64,000 bases of DNA from the human T2T-CHM13v2.0 reference genome, Homo sapiens: the NCBI RefSeq assembly GCF_009914755.1, contig NC_060928.1; one strand, 5' to 3'. The notes under the pieces were generated by a model, which was not told the origin of the DNA, made no database searches, and saw nothing but the letters and a program-made list of their open reading frames with translations. Below are positions 1 through 14,121 of the stretch, piece by piece. The position numbers and the translations under genes were made by a program. Position 1 is the first letter of the stretch; every line of letters starts with the position of its first letter.

Positions 1-683
1 ACACAGATGATATATAATCTATATATTATATGTAACCCACACATCATATGTACATACATGTCTAACATAAACACGCATATACAATCTGTATATGTGTACA
101 TTATAAATGTTTATAAATGTGTTTAATCCACTTAATTTGTATACATACACATTATAAATATGTTTATAAGATATATACACATTTCCTGGCTGTATCAGCT
201 GTAAGGTCCTAGAAGCAATGAGAACAAAGTAGCAACGAATACACACAACACTCATATTATGGTTTCCAACACTGTTCTCTTACAAAAAGAATCAGTGCTC
301 CTTGGAAAAATGGATGATTCTAAGACTAGGACAGGAAATATACAAGATGAGTATGGAGCACATTTTTTACCAAATGTAAACAGGCGCTCAAAACAAAAAA
401 AAACTATTTAAAAAACAATGAGTATATGTCAAAAGAACATCATAGCTAAATGAAAGAGATCCCAATGGCCACAGGTAGAAGAATTTGAATAAGAAAAAAA
501 AGTCATAGTGTGATAACCCAAATTATAAAGTAAATATCTGAGAGTCCAAAGGATATAAAGAAACCATTTAATAAGGGAATAAAAAGTGACTAATTCTGTT
601 GGAAGCAACTTTATCTCAGCTTATTTAACATAAAGAGAGCCAAGTCTCTTGGGATTAATGTTAAACTCCCTGTTAACTAGAAA

Positions 684-830
684 AGGGGCTGGTAAACTAG
701 CCTCTCCAGCCACCTGTTTTGTACACTTTAAGGTGGTTGGTTGCATTTTTAAATGGTTAAGGGCAAAAGAATACCCTGTGGGATGTGGAATTTAAATTTG
801 TGTCCAGTTTTATTGGGAAAAAAATACACA
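684..830 (+). mobile_element. MER58B-like hAT-Charlie fragment
   Basis: GGGGCTGGTAAACTA...CCACCTGTTTTGTAC...CATTTTTAAATGGTT...AAATTTGTGTCCAGTTTTATTGG resembles the left half of MER58B. Confidence 0.55.
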
Positions 831-1232
831 GATGGGGAACATATGCAAATCCCCTATGCAGAAAAAGTCAAATAATTTATGCAGATACTTCCCCTCAAGG
901 GGGTAGAGTATAACTCTCCACTCCTTAAGGAGTGTGGGCTACACAAGTGACTTCCTTTAAAAAAAAAATACTGAATGAAAAGAGGAGTGAAGAGTAACTT
1001 TTCATTGAAGAAATGTGGCAAAAACTCCCTCAGCCTCTGGATCAAGCTGAACATCATCACTGATAAGTCATGTGGATATGTACCCTTGTAATGGTGTGAG
1101 GAAATTACAATTTACCTCTGAGGTTTTCCTTCCCAAAATCCACAATCCCCCATCTAATCTTAGAAAAATATCAGACAAATATAAACAGAGGGACATTCTA
1201 CATAAAAACTGGCTAGTATTTCTAAAAACACT

Positions 1233-1869
1233 TGTTGGAGCTCAGAAAATAATACTGCAAAATGAAAGTCTCAGAGGCAGCCTCAGAAGCAAGTTTCTCC
1301 CTAATCTTCTCCTGACCTCCACATTCTTTCCTGAGGCAAACTATAGAAACTAGAGTCTCTTTTCCCCAAGACAAGAGTCCATAACCCATTTCCCCAAAGC
1401 AAGCCAGAAACCCTAAAAATATTACTCTGACTTTGCCCCTCTTTTCTGCATAAAAATTGACCATAAATAAATTATCTGACCTATCTCATTTGATTGTAGG
1501 TCATAAAACCCCAATTTCAGAGAGGGTCCTGCCTCATACCCAGCAGGAAGGAATGCTGCACAGAGAGGCAAAGAAGACTCTAAACAGAGAAGCCTTGCTG
1601 TGCTTCGTCACTCAGTCTGTTAGCATTAGACCATATACTTTTTGTTCAATCATATTTCTACAGGTCCATTCATACTTTGTTGAACTTAAGCATAAAATGA
1701 GCATTTTCTGCTGTATCTTTGGATCTTCATTTTGAAGGCTCCCATGTCATGTAGAACTATGGTCAATTAAATTTGTTATACTTGTTTCTTGGTAACCTTT
1801 CTTTGTTATAGAGGTGTCAGCTGTGACCCTTATGATAGGGAGGAAAGGAATCAACCCCCTTTTACCCTG
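1233..1869 (+). mobile_element. ERV1 solo LTR, MER39/MER34 family
   Basis: Starts TGTTGGAGCTCAGAAAATAATACTGCAAAATGAAAGTCTCAGAGGCAGCCTCAGAAGC; host L1 resumes after ~1870. Confidence 0.7.
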
Positions 1870-2792
1870 AGGCTGTCAAGCAATGGAAGCCTGAGAAACA
1901 TTCACAGCTCAGAGGGGTCTAAGGAAACATAATGACTACAAATAATCTGGTATTATAGATAGAACTAAAATATGGATGTTAGACAAAAATGTAAAGAAAT
2001 CTAAGTAAAGTACTGACTTCAGTTCATAATATTGTATCACTGTTGACTTGTTAGTTGTGACTAATGTAACATAGGAATGTAAGATATTAACAGTAGGGTA
2101 AACTAGATGTGGAATATTCTGGCTGTCTCTGTACTCTTCCAGAAACTTTTGTGTAAACGTAAAAATATTCTTAAATAATAGAGTTTATTTAAAAAGAGTG
2201 GTAATGTTGACTCAAATGTTTATGTTTGGAATTTTACCTGTGTGAAACATGGATAAAAAAAATGATTAGTGGAAACTGGTGGCTGGGGAACCAGTTGCCT
2301 TTTTGGAAGAGAGAAGAGAACAGTGAACGTTAGAGACTGTTGTCGAAAAGCATGTATTAGCTTTCATTTTTATTGTATTATTATCGCTATTTGATATCAT
2401 CTCGGAATCCTGAATCTGTTAGTGAAACTGCAGGAATAAAATTTTATTATTTTACCGTGGTGTTAGAAGTTTTTATCTGTTGAATCTTTTAGCGGTGAAT
2501 TCAGGTGTTATAATATACAAACATACTTTGATAGTATTGCGCTAAAAATAAGAATACTAACCATTTGAAACTGTGGTGATTTTGCCTAGTCAGATATGAT
2601 TAGTGTGCACTCTGCTGTCCTCTGCTCCTAGCTTCCCTAATTGGATAGCAGCCTCTGGTATGCCACATGACACAATGTGCAGAAACCTAAAAGTGACTTT
2701 TTTTCATATTTGTCCTTTTCATAGTAAACTGAAATAGTAGGAAATAAAGTATTTTTGTTTACTGTAAGTTTGGTTTGAAGTTACAGTATTTA

Positions 2793-3408
2793 TACTTGCA
2801 AACTATAGAATGTAAGCTGATTCTACTCTGTGGCCTATTTTTTACAGCCTTTATGTTAAAAATGTTTATTACAGTAGTGTTGCCCCCAAATTCATATCTA
2901 TATGATAGCTATTTATATGACCTTATTTGACAATAGAGTCTTTGCACATGGAATTATCAAGTTAAAATGAGGACACACTGGATTGGCATAGGCTCTAAAT
3001 CCAATCACTGGTCACTTCTTCTGACACAGATGCATGGAGTCATGGGAGAAGTCCATGTGAAGAAGAAGCAGAGATTGGAATGATGTATTTACAAGCCAAG
3101 GAATGACAATTGCCAGCAGCCACCAGAAGCAAGAGGCAAGGAAGTGTTCTTCCCTAGAGCTTTGGGAAAGAGCATGCCCAGTCGACACCTCGATTTGGAC
3201 TTTAGCCTCAAGAGTATGAGAACAGATTTATATTGTTTTAAGTCACCCAGTTTGTGGCAATTTGTTACAGAAGCCCTAAGAAACTAATAAATACATACTT
3301 TAAAAGTTTATAAAAAACAAAGAAAATGTGAAAGATATCACATGTGGCCCACAAAGCCTACAATACTTACTGAGTTATCCCTTTAAGAAAAATGTGTCCA
3401 CCCTTGCT
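2793..3408 (+). mobile_element. MER58-family DNA transposon split by an MLT1 LTR
   Basis: Left part GCAAACTATAG...GCCTATTTTTTACAGCC; right part TGTGGCCCACAAAGCCTACAATACTTACT...CCCTTTAAGAAAAATGTGTCCACCCTTG. Confidence 0.6.
2863..3290 (+). mobile_element. MLT1B/C MaLR solo LTR
   Basis: GACCTTATTTGACAATAGAGTCTTTGCA, CAAGCCAAGGAATG, CACCCAGTTTGTGGCAATTTGTTACAGAAGCCCTAAGAAACTAATA. Confidence 0.8.
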
Positions 3409-3499
3409 TTAGAGCCTTGCCTTAACAATTTTAATGTTTGGATGTAGAGTAGCCTTGAATCTAGTGATAATTTGTCCCTATTGCTGAGGTTTGCAACTT

Positions 3500-3982
3500 C
3501 TTGAATCTTCCTTCAATGCCCCAGGTGATGAATTAGCACTCTCTGCTCTAGTTGGGTAAGTATCTCTCCTGACACCTGGTGAGATCTTTGCACTGCCTTA
3601 TGGAGTCTTGCCTGACACACATATGGCTTAGCATTCAGCTGACTCAGTAGGGATCCCTGTTCATTTTTTCACCATTGCATCTTTCTCTCCGGAGCTCTGC
3701 CTTGCAACTTATAGCCACCTCAGCCTCCCTGAATTCTAATCTCCTCAACTGGGGGATCACCATGCAGATCACTGTGTTGTGTTGGGGATTCTCACCTCTG
3801 CTCCCTAACTCTGGAGTGTGTCATCCAGCAGGGTAAGAGAAGGCTTACAGAAGTCTTGTGCCGCTTGTTGTCCAAGGTCTGCAAATATTTTTCTCACATA
3901 ATTTTTCCAGCATTCTAGTTGCAAATAGCAGAAATGTAAGTCCTGGCTCTGTTACTCTAACATGGTTAGAAATGGAAGCCCT
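3500..3982 (-). mobile_element. Ancient L1ME-type 5' end fragment
   Basis: TGTTACTCTAACATGGTTAGAAATGGAAGCC resembles the reverse complement of L1ME 5' termini; heavily diverged. Confidence 0.45.
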
Positions 3983-4701
3983 TTATCTTTTATTTTTATT
4001 CTTATAAATGTTGACCAGTACGTTTAAGTGTAATAAGAAGAATTAAGCATATGATTCACATCCTAAACCTAGAATGTTATAGGACTTCTTCCTTGTCTAA
4101 TGCCAGAAGTGCCCATTTTTAATTATGTGGAAGTCATTCACAACCTGATCCCAAGTTCCTGTATAAGATAAAAGCTGACTTTCTAGGGAATGCCTTAAAC
4201 CTGACTATTGAAACCAACTTTCATAACAGCTCACAGGTGCTAATGGCTAAGTCTTCCATCCACATACAAACTGATATGTAATATTTAAACTCAAAAATAC
4301 TTGATCAACATTATGTTTTTGCTTGTTTGCTTCTTTGACACCTTAGGATATTTAAAAACAAAAATATCTTGTTTTCTACATGCTCAAATTGCTGATATTT
4401 GAACACAGTTCCAAATTAGCCTAATCAGTGGAGTGTATAAATGGATTTAGGGAGTTATGTGCAGTTATTCAGGTCCCCAAAACAAATTGATTATTAAAAT
4501 ACCAAAATCCTTTCATAATATTACTTTAGCTTCTGGAGGTCTTACTATACCAGTCTGCTTCTCTGTAGAACTATAAATGACTTCTTGCCATTCAAGGAAG
4601 GAATTTAAAAATAAGCAATGTAATACTTACTAAATAAATAGAAAAGAGAAATCTAACAGTTCTTGAACTATGTTGCATAACCTTGCATGAATGATTATAT
4701 T

Positions 4702-4815
4702 TACAAGATATATATATATATCTTGTATATAAGATATACAAAGTTTATATATATATATCTTGTATATATAAGATATACAAGATATATATATCTTATATAT
4801 GTAAGATATACAAAG
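4702..4815. repeat. Palindromic AT-rich simple repeat (AAGATATA/TATATCTT units)
   Basis: Perfect 26-bp palindrome 4702-4727, 16-bp palindrome 4779-4794 and related units. Confidence 0.9.
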
Positions 4816-6384
4816 CTTATCTTCACAACTATATTATCATAAATTATCAAGTTTCTCAGGGAAACACAATTTTCTCCAATTTTTCTTCTTAAAATAAAGG
4901 TTTAAATTTTCTCATAGCATTATTTTATACTTTTTAAGACCCTGGAAAAATAAAAAGCAGAAATATGTATTTTTATTTTAAGTTTTAAATGCATCTACAG
5001 TTAATCTTCAGTGTAGCTCCTTATTGTCTCTGCCCCTCTCCATCTCTCTCTCTCTAGCTCACTCTCTCTCCAGACATATGCTCCCAACACACACTCAAAA
5101 CATTATGTCTCAAAGAAAGCAGATAAGAATAGCTAACATGTAATGACAAGTAACTATATACCAGAAAATGACTTAATTTCCTTACAAATCTCATTTTATT
5201 TAAGACTCAAATAATCATCACTCTTATTCCCATGGAAAAAGTAATTAAGCTTTGGGAAGTTTTCCATTTTAGTAAAGGCAAGCTGAATCAGCATTTGAAG
5301 ACAGCTCCATATTCTCATATGCAGTATTTTATTATATAATTGTTTGGAATTCAAGAAGAGTTTAGTGGCTAACATATTTGCTCTTCAAGACTGCAAGATG
5401 GTTCGTCTGACATGTTTTTATTTTCATGCATTTAGGTTTCCCTATTTTCTTTTTTTTTTTGTTAAGCTGTTGCATTCTATTAAACATCATACAGTTTTCT
5501 TTGTGGATAACCTGTTTCTGATTATATCCTTAGAACAAATTATTAAATTTTTAGAAATCGTGTAAGGAATTATGGTACAGTGCCATAGCGTCTTCCAATT
5601 TCTAAATCCTTCTTAATGGTGCATCTAACTGGAAATATTTTACTATGTTTAAAATGTGAGTCAGGGACAAACATGCATTCTATTAATAGCTTTTTGTGTT
5701 TTCCTGTAAGCTTACTTTAAATTTTCATGTTATTATTAATTAAAATTGTGTATACCATTTAAAATTTAGGAAAGAGACTCCATGGCAGATATAATGATGC
5801 AGAATCTCCTTGGGTAGAACTTAAGTATCTAAGAAAAAATAAATTCCTGGGTAATTGTGATGTACATGAAAGTTGAAGATCTACTGATTCATGCTGATGC
5901 CCCAATGCCTTAATTGGACTCCATCCACTTTCAATAGATGTAAAACACAATGATTTGATATAACTTGCAAACACTTTCTGTATGCCTTGTATTCATCAGG
6001 GTGATTCTACTTATTTTCCGGTTCAAGCAAATGCTCCCTTGTCAATTTAGATACATTGAATTAACTTAAGCTCAATAATGACAGTAAGGTAATTACACAA
6101 ACATCACAATTCCAACTAGTGCCAATGTGAAAATACTGCAGTTGAAGATGTTTGCTATTAATCTTATACTTTTGTGAATGCTATATTATTTATCAATAAC
6201 AACTGAAGAATAAAGCGAAGTCATAAAAAATAGAAACATTGTTAGTAGTTCATACAACGATTCACGCTAAATAAAATATGAATTCCAAAGATTGCTTAGG
6301 ACATTTTCAAATGAAAGCTAGGCAAAAGGATTATATATGTTCAAACCAGAATAGCTAGTGTTTACACAAGATGGGTATTTATTT

Positions 6385-6790
6385 TTAAAAATAATAGTAT
6401 TAATAACATATATAAAACATGATATTTATTTATGCAAACTGTATGTACAGAATTGTGCAATCATCACCACAAATAATTTTAAAACATTTCCATTACCCCC
6501 CAAAAGAAGTCTTTTGCCCATCTGCAGTTATCATTCCCACCTCACCCTCAAACCGTGTATCTATGTTATGTCTTTATTGAATTGGCTTTTCAGAAAATTT
6601 CTTAAAAATGAAATCATAAAACATGTATTATTTTTTGCCTGGCTTATTTCACTATTTATGTTTTTTAGTTCAGCTATGTTGTAGCTTCTATTAATACTTC
6701 ATTCTTTTTGTTGCTACATAGTATTCTATTATATGGCTATATCACATTTTATTTATCTATCATCAGCTCAGGGGTATTTGGGTTGTTTAT
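6385..6790 (-). mobile_element. L1MB/L1MC 3' end fragment
   Basis: TTGTGCAATCATCACCACAAATAATTTTAAAACATTTCCATTACCCCCAAAAGAA; TGCCTGGCTTATTTCACT. Confidence 0.7.
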
Positions 6791-8685
6791 TAGAAGATAA
6801 AATAATTATTTCTGTAAAAACATTCTACCAAATTTAGCAAAAGACTACTAGATATAATTAAAGGTATCAAGATGGCAAGAATAAACCTCAATGCACAAAA
6901 ATATATGTTTTTCCTATATAAAATTCATTAAAAATTAAAATTTAAGACAAAATATTACTTAATCTGGTATCAGAAAATGTTAAGTACTTGGGTTTAAATT
7001 TAACAAAATATGTCTAAACCTGTAAACTGTAATCTGCATAATCTTGCTGTGAGAAAGGGAGATGCCATGTTCATAGATCAAAAAAGTCAATATTGTTAGT
7101 GTCATTTTTCTTGAAATTGATCTACAGATTTAAGGCAATCACCATCAAAATCCCATTAGATTTTGTTTGTGGAAATTTAACCTTTGATTATAAATTTTTT
7201 AGCATATGTGAAAGACCTAGAATAATTTTGAAAATGAAGAAAACAGAAACCTTAAAGTACCTGATTTCAAGGCTTACTGTGAAGATATACATAGTCATTT
7301 AATTTTCCACAAAAGTGGCTTTAATATTTCATGGAGATATTTTTTAAAAGGAATATTTTTTGCCTTGTTTATTAACAAAGTGTATTAGACTACTTGATAG
7401 CCATATGAAAAATAAAAATTATAAAAATAAAAACTGGACCTTTATCTCACACCATACAAAGAAAAAATAGAATCAAAATTTATCATAGGCTTATTAATTT
7501 AGAAGCTTAAAATAAACAGCCTAAATTAAAAAATATTTATAGGAGAACACCTTTGTAGTTTTAGACTAGGGAAAAATATTGTGAATAAAGCACAATAGGA
7601 TTAACTACGAAAAAATACAATAAGTTGTATTTCATCAAAATTTTCTGTTCTTCAACAAACACCATTAAGAAAATGAAAAGGCAAAAACTGATAGAATATA
7701 GTATACTGATATTTGACAATTAAATTATATTGAGAATATATAAAGAACTCTAGTAAGTTAATTACAAAAAAAACAAATTAAGCAATGTGATTTGGTGTAA
7801 AAAGAAAAGATTTAAACAAACAAACAAACAAAGACATAGAAATGGGCCGTGAGTCCATGGGAAGATGCTCAACACCACTAATCAGCAGATAATTCAAAAT
7901 TAGAAGTATGATTAGATTCCACTAAATACCTCATGAAACATCAGACATTTTAAAGAACAAAATACTAACACTGGCAAGGATATAATGAGAGGAAAACTTT
8001 CATACATTTCTGGTGAGATTGTAAAATAATACAACCATTTTGGAAAACTTTTCATGGCTTTCTTATTAAAGTTAACTAGAAAGTTACCATAGTATTAAGC
8101 AATTCCTTCACCAAGCATTTACTCAGAAGATATAACACATGTAGTCACAAAAGGGACTGACATATATGAATATTTATAGCAGCAATTCGTAATAGCAATA
8201 TATTGACTATAACATCTATTAGTTGAATGCATAAACAAATTGTGCTATATGAACAAGTTTAAATTTTGTTTAGTAGTAAAATTAACAAAAAATACAAACA
8301 ACAACATGGATTTATTTCTAAAATTATCATGCTGCACATAAGAAGCCACAGACAGAGAATACATAATTCCATTTCTATTAATCTATAGAAAAGGCATCTA
8401 TTCTGAAAAATGGGCATGGTGTCTTTCAACAAGACAGGGGTTGCCTGGGGTGGTTAGCTGTGAGAATTGAAGAAGAATTACTAGGGAATTTTTATTTGTG
8501 CTACAAATGTTCTGTATCTTGACTGTGGTGGTTGTTAAAAATACGTGGTGCGAGTATTTGCAAAACCTTTAACTGACCACAGACTTTTTAGAGCTGTAAA
8601 TGTTTTTATTTTAAAATGCTTTCACTTAAAATGATTAGCTTTTATTGTACTGAATTTGATCACCATAATGTTCATTTAAAAAATT
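6790..8685 (+). mobile_element. Old L1 (L1ME/L1MB) ORF2 3' part and 3'UTR
   Basis: Degenerate ORF2 peptide LKLIYRFKAITIKIP (7093-7302), GATGCTCAACACCACTAATC, ACAACCATTTTGGAAAAC. Confidence 0.75.
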
Positions 8686-8826
8686 AAATTGAGAGATAAA
8701 TCCAAAGCTCTTACAATGGTTCTATTATTAATTAATTATTATTAATTAATCAGGTAGCATTAATAAATTGCTTAACATTTTAGAATTTTCACAAATTAAA
8801 GAGAATAATTAAAACTAGGTAATATT

Positions 8827-10138
<1,312 letters not shown>

Positions 10139-10682
10139 AAACTAGGTAATATTTGAAATGTATGTCACTTCCAATTAATACAACTATATGTCTTAAAATA
10201 GTGAAATAAATTAAGATAAAAAATATAATAATGGAAATGGTTGACTTTAATATTTTTAAAAGTATTCTATGTAAAAACAATTATGGGATAATTATTACCT
10301 CTTATTTGAGTTCTATACTAAAATTGGGTGGGGTAAATCTTGTGTGCTTCAAAGCAATAATTTCAGAGATAATACATAAATTTTGCATAGAAGATCACTT
10401 TTGCTACTTGGAAATCCATATAAATTGGGTAGAATAAGTAGTGTTTTCAGAAGAAAGTAAATGAACGATACATGTTTTTGTGAATTGGAGATATGCTTAT
10501 TTGATGATACAATGGTTACACCAGCTTTATGCAAAATATGAAGGACATGTTCTGGGTGTTCATTTCACTTACAGAAAATGTTTATTTCATTAATAAGAAG
10601 CTTAAATATAAACATGCAAATCATAAAATCTAGCCTCATACTTTGAATTCAAAATTTATAGTCCTGCAGACATTTTGGTAAT

Positions 10683-13600
10683 TATATTAGTCTGTTTTCA
10701 TGCTGCCAATACATACATACCTGAGACTGGGTAATTTACCAAAGAAAGAGGTTTAATTGTACTTACAGTTCCATATGGCTTGGGAGGCTACACAATCATG
10801 TTGGAAGACCAGAAGGAGCAAGTCCTATCTCACATGGATGGCAGCAGGCAAAAAGAGAATGAGGACGATGCAAGAGCAGAAACACCTGACAAAACCATCA
10901 GATCTTGTGAGACTTATTCAGTATCATGACAACAGTATGGAGAAAACCTCCCTCATGATTCAATGATCCCACCAGGTCCCTCCCACAACAGGTAGGAATT
11001 ACAGGAGGACAAATAATATGAGATTTGGGTGTGGACACAGCCAAACCATATCATTCCACCCATGGCACCTCCCAAATTTCATGTCCTCACATTTCAAAAA
11101 CAATCATGCCTTCCCAACAGTCCCCCAAAGACTTAACTCATTTCAGCGTTAACTCAAAAGTCCACAGTCCGAAGTCTTATCTGATATAAGGCAAGTTCTT
11201 TCCACCTATTGTTACTGGGGGGTCCTTGCTCCCAGAACTCCCAAGATAGTGGCAGGCTGCTTCCAAGATGGCAGCAGGCCACTTCCAAGATGGTGGCAAG
11301 CCTCGTGTTCTCTGATCTGGGGTTCTTGGCCTCACGGATTCCAAAGACTGGAATCTTGGGCCATGTGGTGAGTGTTATAGCTCTATTAGAAGCCGTGAGT
11401 CATGGAAGAGAACTGTGGAACCCAGTGACTAGTGTTCAGCTCGATTAGGACGAACCCATGCACTTAGCTGTGCAGGAACAATGGCAAGCCTCTAGCCCAA
11501 TCAGGAGTGTCAATGGGCCCCTCGCTGGATCAGGAGCACAGCAGACACCCTGCCCGATCTGGAGGGATAGAAGTCAGCGGCAGGTCTGAGATGGCTTCAA
11601 ACAGCAGTGGTGGATGATGAGTGAAAGCTCAGCTTGAGCCATAACATACATGGTCCAGAACAGTGCAGTTGCAAGATTTAATAGAGTGAAATAGGGTGAA
11701 AAAAGAGCTCCCATACAAAGGGAGGGGACTCAAAGGGGGTTGCCTTTGCCGGCTCAAATGCCTGGGTTTATATCCCGATCATTGTCCCTCCTGCTGTGCT
11801 CTCAGGAAATAGATGATTGGCTATTTCTTTACCTCCTGTTTTTGTCTAATTAGCATTTTAGTGAGCTCTCTTTACTATCTGATTGGTCAGGTATGATCTA
11901 AATTGCAAGCCCCATGTTTAAAGGTGGAAGAGGTCACCTTCCCAGCTAGGCTTAGGGATTCTTAGTTGGCCTAGGAAATCCAGCTACTCCTGTCTCTCAC
12001 TATGAACCTGTAAAATCAAGGCAAGCTAGTTATTTCCTAGATACAATGAGGGTACAGACATTGGGTAAATACAACCATTCCAAATGGGAGACATTGGCCA
12101 AAACAAAGGGGCTATGGGGCCCATGCAAGCCCAAAATCCAATGGGGCAGTCAAATCTTAAAGCTCCAAAATGAGCTCATTTGATTCCTTGTTTCACAGCC
12201 AGGTCACACTGATGCAAGTGATGGGTTCTTGTGGTCTTGGGCAACTCTGACCCTGTGGCTTTGAAGGGTACAGCCTCCCTCCCAGCTGCTTTCACAGGCT
12301 GGCATTGAGTGTCTGCAGCTTTTCCAGCTGCACGCTGCAAGCTGACAGTGGATCTACCATTCTGGGGTCTGCAGGATGGTGGCCCTCTTCTCACAGCTCC
12401 ACTAGGTGGTGCCCCATAGGGACTCTGTGTTGGGGCTCCAACCCTACATTTCCCTTCGGCACTGCCCTAGCAGAGGTTCTCCATGAGAGCCCCACCCCTG
12501 CAGCAAACTTCTACCTGGGCATGCAGGTATTTCCATAAATCCTCTGAAATCTAGGCAAAGGTTCTCAAACCTCAATTCTTGACTTCTGTGCATCTGCAGG
12601 CTCAACACCACATAGAAGCTGCCAAGGCTGTGGCTTCCACCCTCTGAAGCCACAGCCTGAGCTCTACATTGGCCCCTTTCAGCCATGGATAGAGAGGCTG
12701 GGACACAGTGTATCAATTCCCTAGGCTGCACACAGCTCTGGGACCCTGGGCCCAGCCCATGAAGGCACTTTTTTTTTTTTTCCCCTAGGCCTCCAGACCT
12801 GCGATGGGAGGAGCTGCCGTGTTGACCGCTGACATGCCCTGGTGACATTTTCTCCATTGTCTTGGGGATTAACATTTGGTTTCTCATTACTTGTGCAAAT
12901 TTCTGCAGGCTGCTTGAATTTCTCCTCAGAAAATGGGATTATCTTTTCTATCACATCGTCAGGCTGCAAATTTTTCAAACATATATGTTCTTTTTCCCTT
13001 TTAAAAATGAATGCTTTTAACAGCACCCAAAGCACATCTTGCATGCTTTGCTGCTTACAAATTTCTTATGCCAGATACTCTAAATCATCTCTCTCAAGTT
13101 CAAAGTTCCACAAGTCTCTAGGGCAGGGGCAAAATGCCCCCAGTCTCTTTGCTAAAACATAGCAAGAGTCATCTTCACTCCAGTTCCCAACAAGTTGCTC
13201 ATCTCTATCTGAGACCACCTCAGCCTGGACCTTATTTTCCATATTGCTATCAGCATTTTGGGCAAAGCCATTTAACAAGTCTCTAGGAAGTTCCAAACTT
13301 TCCAACATTTTCCCGTCTTCTTCTGAGCCCTCCAAATTGTTACAACCTCTACCCTTTATCCAGTTCCAAAGTCACTTCCACATTTTTGGGTATCTTTTCA
13401 ACAATGCACCACTCTACTGGTACCAATTTACTGTATTAGTCTGTTTTCAAGTTGCTGATAAAGACATACCCAAGACCGGGCAATTTTAAAAAGAAAGAGG
13501 TGTAATTGGATTTTCAGTTGCACATGGCTGGAGAAGCCTCACAATCATGGCAGAAGGCAAGAAGCAGCAAGTCCCGTCTTACATGAATGGTAGCAGGCAA

Positions 13601-13811
13601 AGAGAGAATGAGGGAGAGGCAAATGCAGAAACCCCTGATAATACTATCAGATCTTGTGAGACTTATTCAGTACCACAAGAACAGTATGGGGGAAAGTGCT
13701 CCCATGATTTAGTGATCTCACACTGGGTCCCTACCTCTGAAAACACATGGGAATTATGGCAACACAATTAAAGATGAGATTTGGGTGGGGACACAGAGCC
13801 AAATCATGTAA
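10683..13811 (-). mobile_element. Complete THE1 (THE1C-like) MaLR element, LTRs 10683-11053 and 13432-13811, containing an LTR17 insertion
   Basis: Two THE1 LTRs, THE1-int sequence between them, 5-bp TSD GTAAT at 10678-10682 and 13812-13816. Confidence 0.93.
11210..11999 (-). mobile_element. HERV-W (HERV17) solo LTR17
   Basis: Reverse complement starts TGAGAGACAGGAGTAGCTGGATTTCCTAGGCCAACTAAGAATCCCTAAGCC and ends CCCCAGTAACA; 790 bp; 4-bp TSD CTAT at 11206-11209 and 12000-12003. Confidence 0.93.
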
Positions 13812-14121
13812 GTAATATACACAAAATAGTTCTTCAAAGTATTTAGTTTTATCTGATAAGTCATAGCCATCACTCATTCAATGCAAAAATTTTACCTTTC
13901 CTCCCTTAACAAATACTACCCATATCAGAAACAAAAAATGTATGGTAGTTTCCCAATTTATTCCTTTTATTTTTATGATTATAAATAAACCAAACTGGCA
14001 AAAAGGACAATAACATGTTAGAAATATGATAGGTAACAAAGTTTTCTGAGAAACCATGTTTACCATATGTTTCATTAACATCTTTCTGGTAATCTAATAT
14101 CTCCTTTTGATACATAAGGAT

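Larger units (their letters stand above)
180..2195 (+). mobile_element. Old LINE-1 3' region (L1MC/L1MD-like), interrupted at ~576-826 and 1233-1869
   Basis: L1MC-type 3'UTR motifs (CCCCTCAAGGGGGTAGAGTATAACTCTCCACTCCTTAAG; CATCATCACTGATAAGTCATG; GGAAGCCTGAGAAAC) ending in AATAGAGTTTATTTAAAA; boundaries approximate. Confidence 0.7.

Noticed and set aside
12176-13489. ORF clusters in THE1 internal regions (also 24853-26274 and 48280-49890)
   Set aside because: Broken remnants of the MaLR internal ORF and its antisense frames.
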